In this document: positions 18,576 through 28,232 of the stretch, one piece after another
How positions within the stretch are numbered: position 1 is the stretch's first letter
Layout of the letters: every line of letters begins with the position of its first letter
Source: a virus
Taxonomy: Duplodnaviria > Caudoviricetes
Strand: one strand, 5' to 3'
Virus record (IMG/VR): IMGVR_UViG_3300037963_001723
Coordinates: 1 to 57,719 of that record
DNA: 57,719 nucleotides
The notes under the pieces: model-generated
The model's input: the letters and a program-made list of their open reading frames with translations, nothing else
The model's database searches: none
Told to the model about the DNA's origin: nothing
Program-made: the position numbers and the translations under genes

Positions 18576-19684
18576 TGGAAAACTTGAACGAACAGTCATT
18601 TAATATTTTAAATGCAAAAGACTCAGTTAAGAAAATTTTAACTGATAAAAAAACAAAGCATAAGCCATGCTTATTAAGAGGAGCTAGTGGGATTGGAAAA
18701 TCTGACTGCGTCAAACAACTTTGGTTAGATGAAGAAATAAATGGTGGATTGAAACCAACTACTAATTCTCAACCAAAGAAAAATGAATTTGCTCTTATCA
18801 CTCTGATAGGGAGTCAAATCGAACCGCAAGATTTATATTTGCCAAGATACGACTCCGAAACAGACACTCAGAAATATGCTTTCACAGACAGACTGCCAAA
18901 GGATAAAGACTCAAAAGGAATTTTGTTTCTTGATGAAATTGGTAGTGCGAGTCCAACTATTCAGAAAGCATTTCAACAATTAGTTCTAGCTAGAGAATTC
19001 AATGGCTATGTTCTTCCTGAGAATTTTGTAATTCTTGGAGCAACAAATAGACAAGAAGATAATGCTGGAGTCGGTGTTCAGAATTCTGCATTGATGAATA
19101 GGTTTCAAATATTTGATGTCGAAATGAATACTGACATTTGGCAAAAATGGGCTAGTGAAAATGGTGTTAATCCTCTAGTTCAAGCATACTTCAGATATGA
19201 ACCACAGAATCTTCACAACTTTACAAAGGACAAAAGGAATGAACAATTCTGTTCACCAAGAAGTGCTGTTACTCTTTCAGATTTAGTTTATCAGAATCAT
19301 GATGATTTAATTCAACTACCACTCTATACAGGTTGTGTCGGTTTTGATGTTGCTCAAAGTTTTATAGCGTTTTCAAAAGTTATTGTTAATGCTCCAAGCA
19401 TTGATGACATAATTGAAAAACCTATGGAAACAGAATCAATAGACCAAAATCAAACGAATGTAAGATTTGCTGTTGTTGGAGCTTTACTACAAAAGCTGAA
19501 AGAAAATTCAGGTAAGAAACAGGAAAAGATTTTCTCTAGTGCTACAAAATATTTAAGTAGATTTGAGAATCCTGAGTTCGTTATATTTTTTGTAAAACAA
19601 TCTATCAATATGGAAAGAGGATTATTAGTAACAAAAACTTATACTGATTTTTCTCTTGAACATACTGATGTTAATTTTGAATAG
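18575..19684 (+). CDS. MoxR-like AAA+ ATPase
   Basis: GASGIGKS Walker A, ILFLDE Walker B, ATNR sensor 1, ALMNRF Arg finger, SPRS. Confidence 0.9.
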   Translation: MENLNEQSFNILNAKDSVKKILTDKKTKHKPCLLRGASGIGKSDCVKQLWLDEEINGGLKPTTNSQPKKNEFALITLIGSQIEPQDLYLPRYDSETDTQKYAFTDRLPKDKDSKGILFLDEIGSASPTIQKAFQQLVLAREFNGYVLPENFVILGATNRQEDNAGVGVQNSALMNRFQIFDVEMNTDIWQKWASENGVNPLVQAYFRYEPQNLHNFTKDKRNEQFCSPRSAVTLSDLVYQNHDDLIQLPLYTGCVGFDVAQSFIAFSKVIVNAPSIDDIIEKPMETESIDQNQTNVRFAVVGALLQKLKENSGKKQEKIFSSATKYLSRFENPEFVIFFVKQSINMERGLLVTKTYTDFSLEHTDVNFE

Positions 19685-19694
19685 GGAGAAAAAA

Positions 19695-20672
19695 ATGCTT
19701 AGTAATAAATTTGATTTAACAGACTCATTTAGAGCCAAAGGTAAATTAGTTAAAGTTCAAACTAAAATTTGGGGTGGGAAAAAGCTATCTCCTGAATTAA
19801 GTTCCCATGTTGCTACCGCAGTTAGCGGTAGCGACAAATCTTTCAAGGTTAATAAATGTCTTATTGATGAAGATAGAATAAAAACCATGAGAGGAATTGA
19901 TAGGAAAAGAAGAAATGCTTTCAATCCATATGTTTGTATGTGGGATAGGGAATGGCAATTACTACCAAATAAGAATGAAGAAATAATAACTTCTGCTTGG
20001 AATGATTTTTCTAAAGAATTCAATGATGAAAAAGATAAGTTAGTAGCTGATTATCCTGATTTAAAAGAACAAGCGAAATTTGATTTAGGAGATTCTTACA
20101 ATGAAGATGATTACCCAACTATCGAAAGATTGAAAGGTGGCAAAGTTCAAGTAAGAATTGGCGGAACAGATTCCGAACCTGAGTATAAAGAAAAAGAGGT
20201 TAAAGGATTATTCCATGCTGACATTTTCTTTGACCAAGTGCCTGAGTTAAATATGGTAGAGGACAATGCTTACTACCAAGACTCAGGTATAGGTGGATTG
20301 ATTGGAAATGTTGCCTACAATTCTCACGAATATTATGAAGATAAAATCATAGAATTAAATCAGAGAAATAAACAAGATTTAATTTCTTCTCTCGGTGGTT
20401 TTGCTAATGCTATTAGCGGTTACGATAAATCCAATAAGAAAGGTAAGTTCTTCAAAAATTCTATTGTAGATAATTTAGAAAAATCTCTTAATGGATTGAA
20501 AGGTAAAAACGATTTCTTTGAAGATGACTATTATGATGAAATCATAGAACAAGCTAAAGAAATTGTTAAAGGTAAAACTGCTCAAGAGTTAAGAGAAGAT
20601 GATTCACTAAGAGAATCTGTAGCTGAAGAAATTAAAGGTTTAGAAACCAAAGCTACAGATATTTTCGGATAA
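19695..20672 (+). CDS. Hypothetical protein (DUF3150-like), between the AAA and VWA genes
   Basis: GGGAG RBS before the ATG at 19695; IWGGKKL and YP motifs; position in the module. Confidence 0.55.
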   Translation: MLSNKFDLTDSFRAKGKLVKVQTKIWGGKKLSPELSSHVATAVSGSDKSFKVNKCLIDEDRIKTMRGIDRKRRNAFNPYVCMWDREWQLLPNKNEEIITSAWNDFSKEFNDEKDKLVADYPDLKEQAKFDLGDSYNEDDYPTIERLKGGKVQVRIGGTDSEPEYKEKEVKGLFHADIFFDQVPELNMVEDNAYYQDSGIGGLIGNVAYNSHEYYEDKIIELNQRNKQDLISSLGGFANAISGYDKSNKKGKFFKNSIVDNLEKSLNGLKGKNDFFEDDYYDEIIEQAKEIVKGKTAQELREDDSLRESVAEEIKGLETKATDIFG

Positions 20673-20710
20673 TCCAAGTTAACTGGACTTACTTAAAAAA
20701 AGGAAAAAAA

Positions 20711-22003
20711 ATGATAAATGCAGACATAGAAATGAAAAAAGCTAAGACAAAAATTATTAGCAAACACTCAGGTTGGGCTACTATTGTGATACCTCTTAAT
20801 TTAGTTAAGACTGATGAAGTAGAGGTTATGGCTACAAATGGAAAATCTATTTTCTATAATCCAACAGCTATTGAAAAATGGTTTGAAGAAAATGGTAGAA
20901 GAAAAGGACAGGATTTTATTCAGACTGTTATTCTTCACGAGGTTCTTCATGTAGGTTGGCAACATTGTTTTCGTAAAGGTAATAGAGAACATGAATTATG
21001 GAATATAGCTACTGATTTGGTTATTAATTATCATCTTAGCGGAATTAGTAATAGCGATATGACTACCTCTTATGACCATTGTCTACAACATCTTGGTGGT
21101 TTAAGTATTTTTGATTATCGAGAATGGTTAGATAGTAAGAGAGATTTAAATTCTTATGGAGCAGAAGAATTATATTCTATTCTTCAGAAGAACCAAGATG
21201 AAGATACTCAAAAAAATAATGGTGGCGGTTATCATAATCCACAAGGAGATGAGATAACAGGACATAAAACATTAGGTGGCGAGGTTCAAGAATATGAGGG
21301 TAGCGAAGAAGAAAAACAAAAAGTTTCCCAAAATATTTCTGAAAGAATTATTCAATCTCATCAAGTTCAAAAAAAGGTTGGTGGCGGTAGTGATTTTCAA
21401 TCTATTGAAAAAGCTAGACAAGGACAAAAGAAACCTTTGGATTGGAGAGAAGTTTTAAGAGATAAAATTGCAAACCAAGTTCAAAGCGATTATCAATCTT
21501 ATGCTAGACCAAGCCGAAGATTTTTAGCTAATGGAGATTACTTACCTAGTAATGTTCCGACACCGAGTTTGAGTTTGGCTATTGGAATTGATATTTCAGG
21601 AAGTGTAGGTCTAGAAGAAAGACAACAATTCAATTCTGAGATTCAAAGAATTGCTGAAGATTTTCAGATTGAAAGAGTTCTTATTGCCTACATAAATGAA
21701 ACAACTGTTTGTCTTGATAAATCAAAAAGCGATACTGATTTGACTCGATTTTGGGATTGCTTTGAGTATGGCGAAGAAATAGAAACAAGAGATTTTATGA
21801 ATGGTGGAACAGAGTTCAAACCATTTTTTAATCTGATAGAAAGAACAGGAGAAGATGAAAATATTTCTTGTGCTATCTATTTCACAGACTGCTATGCCTA
21901 TGATTTAGAAGAAGAAGATGAACCAAATTATCCTGTGATATGGGCTACTACCTCTGCAAAACCGCCTGTGAATTGGGGAGAAGAAGTGAGGATAATAGAC
22001 TGA
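20711..22003 (+). CDS. DUF2201-type metallopeptidase + VWA domain protein
   Basis: ATNG, HEVLH zincin motif, WNIATD..IN, DISGS MIDAS, GGTEF, FTD. Confidence 0.85.
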   Translation: MINADIEMKKAKTKIISKHSGWATIVIPLNLVKTDEVEVMATNGKSIFYNPTAIEKWFEENGRRKGQDFIQTVILHEVLHVGWQHCFRKGNREHELWNIATDLVINYHLSGISNSDMTTSYDHCLQHLGGLSIFDYREWLDSKRDLNSYGAEELYSILQKNQDEDTQKNNGGGYHNPQGDEITGHKTLGGEVQEYEGSEEEKQKVSQNISERIIQSHQVQKKVGGGSDFQSIEKARQGQKKPLDWREVLRDKIANQVQSDYQSYARPSRRFLANGDYLPSNVPTPSLSLAIGIDISGSVGLEERQQFNSEIQRIAEDFQIERVLIAYINETTVCLDKSKSDTDLTRFWDCFEYGEEIETRDFMNGGTEFKPFFNLIERTGEDENISCAIYFTDCYAYDLEEEDEPNYPVIWATTSAKPPVNWGEEVRIID

Positions 22004-22164
22004 TGAAACATATTTCCTCTTATTTAGATTTATCAGTTATCAATGTAGCTAAGAAAGGTTTGGAGTCAGGTAGTCTGACTCCAAATCAAGTTATTAGAGC
22101 TTTGGAAAAATTTGATAATCCAAGCTATCAAAATTTTATCAGGGAATTACAAGATGAATCTTAG
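22003..22164 (+). CDS. Hypothetical protein (53 aa)
   Basis: TGATG coupling to the VWA gene. Confidence 0.6.
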   Translation: MKHISSYLDLSVINVAKKGLESGSLTPNQVIRALEKFDNPSYQNFIRELQDES

Positions 22165-22179
22165 CGGTGGGTATAAGTT

Positions 22180-22333
22180 TGTAAATGGGCCAAAAAGTTT
22201 GGTAATTTTACGAAGTTTTGCGGCCCCAACTTTTCGTAAATTTACTCGAATAATACAAGTATTATTCCTTCCATTTTTTAAAAAAAAATTTTTGATGACT
22301 ACTATCATTCTTTGTGATTGTCGATTGGGGTTT
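22180..22333. repeat. Composite intergenic module copy
   Basis: GTAATTTTAC 22202, GTAAATTTAC 22236, AATAATACAAGTATTATT 22249-22266, TACTATCAT-TCTT-TGTGATTGTCG 22300-22323. Confidence 0.8.
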
Positions 22334-22338
22334 GCGAT

Positions 22339-22692
22339 ATGAAATTAAGACAGATAATCGGTATGTATGGTTGCAGACAACCACACCATAAAACAGACAC
22401 GCATTATGAATGGGCTACCTCTGAAGAAAATTTAATATTTCATTTTAATAATTTAGACGATTTGATTATGGAAAATATTACTGTTTATGAATTGTCATTT
22501 GATGTGATTATCAACGACATAAATACAAAAAAATATTTTTATCAGTCTGAAGATATGAAATGGAAACTGCAAAGAATTTTAGACACCTTTGAATATAAAG
22601 GAGTTGATACCTCTAAAGATAAAATAAAAGAATTAAACTTTAACAACACTATTGAATTTTTAAATTACCTAAAGGAGAAACACTATGGTTAA
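22339..22692 (+). CDS. Hypothetical protein
   Basis: In-frame ATG at 22339; overlaps the next gene. Confidence 0.65.
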   Translation: MKLRQIIGMYGCRQPHHKTDTHYEWATSEENLIFHFNNLDDLIMENITVYELSFDVIINDINTKKYFYQSEDMKWKLQRILDTFEYKGVDTSKDKIKELNFNNTIEFLNYLKEKHYG

Positions 22693-23173
22693 AAATAAAA
22701 TAAAACAGCATTTAATTGAAGAAGAAGATAATGATTATATAGATGTAATTATTAAGTTAGCATTAGAACAAAATGATATTGGAAAAAATATTGATACTGT
22801 TATGAAAGAAATCGCAAAAGCTATTTCTTTTGATGATGTGAATATTGATGATTATGATAAGGATAATTTTGGTTACAAAGATGTAGAACCTATATTTTCA
22901 AGAGCATTTGATTTATCTCAAGCTATCTTTTCAATTATTGCTTTATGTTCAATCGCACAATCATTAATAGAACATGATGATGACGCAAAATCTCATTACG
23001 AAAAATCATTTGCTATAAACTTTAAAAGGTATATCAAATCTTGTCCTGAATTTTTGGCAGAACTTTTAAAAAGATTTCGTAAAGAGGGATTTATGATTAA
23101 CAAAGAATTAATAGAAAAATTTATGGAAAACGCATTTGAAGATATTGGCGGTAAAAAAGGCATGGAGAATTAA
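22685..23173 (+). CDS. Hypothetical protein
   Basis: 162 aa, AAGGAG RBS. Confidence 0.7.
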   Translation: MVKNKIKQHLIEEEDNDYIDVIIKLALEQNDIGKNIDTVMKEIAKAISFDDVNIDDYDKDNFGYKDVEPIFSRAFDLSQAIFSIIALCSIAQSLIEHDDDAKSHYEKSFAINFKRYIKSCPEFLAELLKRFRKEGFMINKELIEKFMENAFEDIGGKKGMEN

Positions 23174-23174
23174 A

Positions 23175-23516
23175 ATGGGAACTACTAATGTAAATTTACA
23201 AAAAGAAGAACTGGCCACAAACTTTAAGGTTTTTGACAGGGAAAAATTCCCACATTTAATTGAAAGAGTTGAGTCAGAATTAGATAAATTTTATGAAGAA
23301 CAGGAATGGCATTTCATTGAAGATATTTATGTAGAAGAAAATACATTGTATTTTTGGATAAACTCAGGTTGGGATAGGAACAGCTCAAGAGTAACTATGT
23401 TTAGTTATTTCGTTCCTAATGGGAAACTTTCTCATGTCTTTAATCCTGATGAAATGTTCATAATTCAGTCTAAAATCGACAGTTTTAAAGGAAAATTAGA
23501 AAATCGACCTTTTTAA
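23175..23516 (+). CDS. Hypothetical protein
   Basis: GGAG RBS before the ATG at 23175. Confidence 0.7.
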   Translation: MGTTNVNLQKEELATNFKVFDREKFPHLIERVESELDKFYEEQEWHFIEDIYVEENTLYFWINSGWDRNSSRVTMFSYFVPNGKLSHVFNPDEMFIIQSKIDSFKGKLENRPF

Positions 23517-23569
23517 ATGCGATTACAGAGGGTTTTAGGGGTTGCCCAATAGTAGAATACCCCCCAAAA

Positions 23570-24346
23570 ATGATAAAAATGAGGGAAAATATGCCTGATA
23601 TAGTAACTAATAAAGTGAGATTAACACTTAAAAATGATGATTATAATTTTTTTGAAGATTATGATAAAGCCATTAGAGATATAGTTGATAATTATTTTGA
23701 AATAAGATTCGACTCCTTTAATGAGAACGACAACAATCTTTATCCACAGTTTGATTTTAATAAACTAATTAAAATGCCTGATGATGTTTTTATCGGACAT
23801 TTAACTGTTAGTTTAAGAGAAGAACATAATAATAATTGGTATGATTGGAGAGTTAAAAATTGGGGTTGTAAATGGAACGCAAAGGAAAGCTCTATTGGTT
23901 TTGATGAAGATAAACATATATTTGAATTAAAATTTGAAACACCAAACACACCACCATTAAAAGTAATTAAAAAGTTTTATAGTTTGTTTGAGGATAAAGT
24001 TAATATTGAATGGCATATAAGAACTGAAAATGACGAAACATTTAATATAGGAGATATGTTGAAAAGTAAAAAATTTGTTATGAATAAAGCTATGAAACAA
24101 ATTAAAGAAGATAATGAAAACACTACTTGGAATGTTATAAAAAGACTAAGCGAAACAAAAAAAATTTCAGAAATAGCTATAGTAAAAGATGAACAAGGTA
24201 ATAAATTATCTGATAAAGAAGTCGAGGAAAAATTAGATGATATTTCTGTTCAAGAAATTTTTGATAATTTTGTTGTAGTTAGTGATTTAATTCCGCATGA
24301 TGTTGATGTTAAAGAGGGAGTAAAAGAAAATGCAATTATCAATTAA
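23570..24346 (+). CDS. DUF1281/YubB-like ferredoxin-fold protein
   Basis: FDFNKLI.MP, WYDWRVKNWGCKWNA and FETPNTPP motifs. Confidence 0.7.
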   Translation: MIKMRENMPDIVTNKVRLTLKNDDYNFFEDYDKAIRDIVDNYFEIRFDSFNENDNNLYPQFDFNKLIKMPDDVFIGHLTVSLREEHNNNWYDWRVKNWGCKWNAKESSIGFDEDKHIFELKFETPNTPPLKVIKKFYSLFEDKVNIEWHIRTENDETFNIGDMLKSKKFVMNKAMKQIKEDNENTTWNVIKRLSETKKISEIAIVKDEQGNKLSDKEVEEKLDDISVQEIFDNFVVVSDLIPHDVDVKEGVKENAIIN

Positions 24347-24530
24347 AGAATTAACAGACAAATCAAAAGAGCATTTAGAGTTTGTTAATAAAATATCTTT
24401 TGATTTACACGACTGTCTTAAACTAATTAAAGACATTGAGATATGGTCTAATAATAAAAATTTAGATGACGAAACTAAAATAACTTTAATTCAATCAAGA
24501 ATTAAATCTTTTAATGAGGAGAGAAAATAA
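24330..24530 (+). CDS. Hypothetical protein
   Basis: 66 aa, GGAG upstream. Confidence 0.65.
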   Translation: MQLSIKELTDKSKEHLEFVNKISFDLHDCLKLIKDIEIWSNNKNLDDETKITLIQSRIKSFNEERK

Positions 24531-24623
24531 TGGATAAATACCCAACAACAATGCAAAAAGTTTGTTTAGTAGTCGCATTTTTAACTATAATAATGTATTA
24601 TTTTGTGAGATAAGGAGAGAGAT

Positions 24624-24875
24624 ATGGCTAGAGAATTAACTCATGTTTATAAAGGTAAGTTAAGCGGTCTTAAAGTTTGGACTAATAACTTATTAGAACA
24701 ATGGGAAAACGATAAAAAGAAAACAGATGATTTAAGAAAAGCTGTTTTTATCGTTAACCAAAGATTACAAGAAATTGATTTCACAAGAGAGAAATCAGAC
24801 TTTGATGTCTTAGACTCTTGGAGAAAAATAACAAGATACCTCTTAAATACACCTAAGTATTGGGGTAAAGAATAA
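24624..24875 (+). CDS. Hypothetical protein
   Basis: 83 aa, TAAGGAG RBS. Confidence 0.7.
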   Translation: MARELTHVYKGKLSGLKVWTNNLLEQWENDKKKTDDLRKAVFIVNQRLQEIDFTREKSDFDVLDSWRKITRYLLNTPKYWGKE

Positions 24876-24911
24876 ACCACAAAAACAAATAAACCTCGTA
24901 GTTTGTGGTTG

Positions 24912-24986
24912 AAACCTAGCGATTAGGTTTGTATCTTCTTCTTCGTTCAAAGATACAAGCCGACTAAAAAATCGCTAGGTTTTTTT
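24912..24986 (+). terminator. Long hairpin terminator / structured RNA ending the early operon
   Basis: AACCTAGCGATT pairs with AATCGCTAGGTT, inner GGTTTGTATCTT pairs with AAGATACAAGCC, followed by a T-run. Confidence 0.75.
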
Positions 24987-25024
24987 ATGTCTAAAAAATA
25001 TATCCCATAAATTCAGCGACCTAC

Positions 25025-25272
25025 ATTTGTAAATTCACGAAATGCGTGGCGCCCTTCTTTTTGTAAATTCACGCAAAACTTTCTTGCGCCCAGTTGTTCT
25101 TTTGTAATTTTACAAAATAAAAAAGTGATGTAAAAAAAGTTAATTTATAAGTGCGTAATGCAAAAATGAAAATAGAATAATACTAGTATTATTTAAGTGT
25201 CATTTTTTTTTGCTTTCAATAAAAAGGGTGGGGTGGCTACTATCATGATGTGTGATTGTCGTCTGGAGTTTT
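25025..25272. repeat. Composite intergenic module copy
   Basis: GTAAATTCAC 25029 and 25063, GTAATTTTAC 25104, AATAATACTAGTATTATT 25176-25193, TACTATCAT-GATG-TGTGATTGTCG 25238-25261. Confidence 0.8.
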
Positions 25273-25276
25273 TACC

Positions 25277-25305
25277 TTGACAACTTTTTCATTATATGTG
25301 ATAGA
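25277..25305 (+). promoter_or_regulatory. Possible sigma70 promoter
   Basis: TTGACA-N17-GATAGA, just upstream of the ATG at 25311, which has no RBS (possibly leaderless). Confidence 0.4.
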
Positions 25306-25310
25306 CGAGT

Positions 25311-25625
25311 ATGGCAGAGATTTTTGATATAAAAACTCGCAAGAAAATTAGCAACAACAATCAAGAAAATTCTGAAATTGATATTCTTTATGAACTAGGA
25401 GATGAACAGTCTATTATATTCTCAGAGGGGGAAATACTAGTAACTATTCAATCAGAAAAGATTGGTTCAGATTCTTTTTGGTCTATGATGTGTGCGTTGC
25501 TTTTCCTTTATGAAGATACAGATGAACTTGATGATGTCAGGTTAAAGGTATTAAAAAAGGCCATAAAAAAGGGCATACCCATAATGACACCAACTATTAA
25601 TTTTGATTTCGACACAGACGAATAA
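25311..25625 (+). CDS. Hypothetical protein
   Basis: 104 aa, isolated between two module copies. Confidence 0.7.
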   Translation: MAEIFDIKTRKKISNNNQENSEIDILYELGDEQSIIFSEGEILVTIQSEKIGSDSFWSMMCALLFLYEDTDELDDVRLKVLKKAIKKGIPIMTPTINFDFDTDE

Positions 25626-25958
25626 ACCTGCACTTTAGACCTGTATAACCTGCACTCAGTAAATTTACAATGAAGCGTTGCGATCCCAGTTTGTTAAATT
25701 TACTTAAACCTTCTTGGGCTGCACATTTAAAAATTTACATAACCCATCTGGCTCGGGCAGCTAACCTGTTAAGTATTTAAACTATGAAGATGATTTAGAA
25801 TAATACTAGTATTATTTTATTTATTTTTTTTTATCTCTTTGACTGCAAAGCAAACAGAGTTACTATCATTGAATGTGATTGTCGCCTGAACTGGTTTGGT
25901 CAAAGCAAAAAACAGGCCTGATTTCTTAAAAATTTTAAAGCATAAAATGTGATTGTCG
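25625..25958. repeat. Composite intergenic module copy
   Basis: AACCTGCACT x2, AAATTTAC boxes at 25659/25694/25729, AATAATACTAGTATTATT 25799-25816, TACTATCAT-TGAA-TGTGATTGTCG 25861-25884, and a partial copy at 25941-25958. Confidence 0.8.
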
Positions 25959-25959
25959 G

Positions 25960-27717
25960 CTAGAAGTCATCAAGAAATTCCCAATTTTCTGGGTTGTAAC
26001 CTGCTACTTTAGAAAAAGCTCCTGTTCTTGGGTTGTGGTCAAGATGTATGGTTTGAGGTTTCCCAAGCCAACTCCATCTAACTTTCCAAATTTTACATAA
26101 AGGGTCACCAGTTTCTTTTTCTCTATGTATAGTAATTCCGTTATCTGTTTTTGCAAACCAAGCCATACTACCTGATATTTCCATTCCTTCTGGAACATTT
26201 CTATCTTGAAGTTTTGATGGGTGTGCCACAAAGATAACATGAGAGTCATTTGCTACTGCCCAGTTTTGAACTTTTGTTAACATATTACTTATGCCTTCTG
26301 ACATATTTGTGTTTTGTTCTGGCTCAATCCAGTTATAAGGGTCTATAACTAATATTGAACTACCCCACATTGTTCCAGCACTCGCAACATCTAAAACTTC
26401 TTCTATTTTCGTACTTCTCCCAGAGGTGAAGTCCTGGAAGATAAAATGTTGATTTACAAAGTCCAACGCTGCGTCTAATTCTAACGAACTAATTCTTTCA
26501 TCTTTTCCATCAAAGAATGGTTTCTGAGCTACATGAGTTACTAATTGTGTTATGTGTTCGGCTATTGGTTTCTCGAAGCTGGAATAACATATCTTTAATC
26601 CGTAAGTCCTAGCTAAATGAATACAACAATCATCAACAAAATTAGATTTACCTGACGCTGGTAGTCCAGTAACAACAGTCATCTGCTGTCTTGCTATTTC
26701 AAGTGGTATAACTGGGTGTATTTGATAACCAGTTGGTTTACCATCCGTGTAAAGCTCTTGTATTTTTGATATGACATCTTCGGCTCGGTATAAACCTGAA
26801 ACAGGATAAGGTTTTGCTTGTGCTAGTCTATCAAGTAAAAATTGTTTACCTTCTTTTTGTAAAGCTTCATTTGCATCTTTGTGATCCCCCAGGTCAATAA
26901 TTGTACATTTACCTCGGCCTAATCTTTTTGCCATTTCCTCCAACAGGGCGTTACCTTGTTCATCGTTATCTCCTGAGAATACAATCTCTGGTATTGCGTT
27001 TAGTTTCTCTCGTGCAGACCAAATGTATTTATATTTCTTATCTTCATCTGGTTCTAATTTTTGGTCAGATACTTTAAGAGGCGCACCATTAGGAACGGAA
27101 ACAACTCCGTAGTGCTGATTGTCCTCTAAAACAGTCATCCATGTTAAAGCATCTATTTCGCCTTCACATATTATTAGTGCCTGTTGTTCGACTATACTAT
27201 TTATATTAAAGAATTCATTACAACTGTTAGTCTGCGAAAAAAACTTTTCATCACCAGCGCTTCTCCACTTTACAGCAACTGTATTGTTATCTTTATCGTA
27301 ATAAGGAAAGCCAATCGCTTCTGCTGTTTTCTCTCTAAATTTATACAGTTTGCCCACTGTATGTTTTTTAATTATATCTTCAGATATTCCTCTCTCTTTT
27401 AGAAAGTTAATCGTCTTGTCTGTATGTTTAAAATCTTCCAGTTCTATCTCCCTTTGTATTTCTTCAACTTTTTTTCTGCTAATGTTTGTTTTAACATTTC
27501 TTTGTCTATTTTGTAAATTTACATTAGCCCCTTCAAATCCGTTTATACCACAATGATGGCAAAAATATTTTATGCCTTTATCGTCTACTTCTACAGATAG
27601 CTCTCTCTGTGATTGATTATGTTTCTTTCTCTTTGGATGGCATGATGGACATTTTATTCTATGTTTACCATGTGATAATCCTTTAAGAGTTGGTATTATT
27701 AAATCTTTCTCTCCCAT
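25960..27717 (-). CDS. DNA primase-helicase (T7 gp4/Twinkle-like)
   Basis: Zn finger CPSC...CHHC, TOPRIM CEGEID and DND, Walker A GLPASGKS, IDPYN, VAHP, ISGS. Confidence 0.92.
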   Translation of the reverse strand: MGEKDLIIPTLKGLSHGKHRIKCPSCHPKRKKHNQSQRELSVEVDDKGIKYFCHHCGINGFEGANVNLQNRQRNVKTNISRKKVEEIQREIELEDFKHTDKTINFLKERGISEDIIKKHTVGKLYKFREKTAEAIGFPYYDKDNNTVAVKWRSAGDEKFFSQTNSCNEFFNINSIVEQQALIICEGEIDALTWMTVLEDNQHYGVVSVPNGAPLKVSDQKLEPDEDKKYKYIWSAREKLNAIPEIVFSGDNDEQGNALLEEMAKRLGRGKCTIIDLGDHKDANEALQKEGKQFLLDRLAQAKPYPVSGLYRAEDVISKIQELYTDGKPTGYQIHPVIPLEIARQQMTVVTGLPASGKSNFVDDCCIHLARTYGLKICYSSFEKPIAEHITQLVTHVAQKPFFDGKDERISSLELDAALDFVNQHFIFQDFTSGRSTKIEEVLDVASAGTMWGSSILVIDPYNWIEPEQNTNMSEGISNMLTKVQNWAVANDSHVIFVAHPSKLQDRNVPEGMEISGSMAWFAKTDNGITIHREKETGDPLCKIWKVRWSWLGKPQTIHLDHNPRTGAFSKVAGYNPENWEFLDDF

Positions 27718-27727
27718 TTTTTCTCTC

Positions 27728-28129
27728 CTAATTGGTGTCTTTTAAAGTCATCATTTCTATATCATCCCACCATTCTTTAAGCCCCTTAGTTAACTTAAAT
27801 ACCTGTATGTTAGTCCTTGGATTTTCTTTATCTAAATGATGTCTAATTAACTTAACTTTAACTTGTTTATTTTTTTTGTATGCCCTTCCTTCCAATAATT
27901 CTAATATTAGTGATTCGTCTAAATCAAGTTTTCTTACTGAAGAATAAACATCAAAGACAACGCCAACATCCCCCAGTATTAATTCGCCCTCTCCTAATTC
28001 AGGCACCTGATCGTAGAAAGCCTTCTGATAAGATATTGATTTACCGCCAAAATTTCTTGTTAATTTATTTTTAGATTTTGATGCTGGTTCGCCTGAAACA
28101 ATCGTTCTAAATACCCTTGACATTCGCAT
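27728..28129 (-). CDS. RusA-like Holliday junction resolvase
   Basis: GEPASK.K, DLDES.I...LEG..Y.K.KQV and DKENPRT resemble RusA; some acidic catalytic residues look substituted. Confidence 0.6.
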   Translation of the reverse strand: MRMSRVFRTIVSGEPASKSKNKLTRNFGGKSISYQKAFYDQVPELGEGELILGDVGVVFDVYSSVRKLDLDESLILELLEGRAYKKNKQVKVKLIRHHLDKENPRTNIQVFKLTKGLKEWWDDIEMMTLKDTN

Positions 28130-28185
28130 AAAATTTTCCTAATATTCGATTCATTGTTGGATTACATACTTGTAAGTATCTTTAT

Positions 28186-28214
28186 ATATTATCTATCAGT
28201 ATGTTATCTGTCAA
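28186..28214 (-). promoter_or_regulatory. Sigma70-type promoter for the resolvase/primase operon
   Basis: Minus-strand TTGACA-N17-TAATAT in the divergent intergenic region. Confidence 0.6.
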
Positions 28215-28232
28215 TATAAATGAGGAGATAAG

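Noticed and set aside
22112-22342. 76-aa ORF
   Set aside because: It has a non-ATG start and no RBS, and spans the repeated non-coding module.
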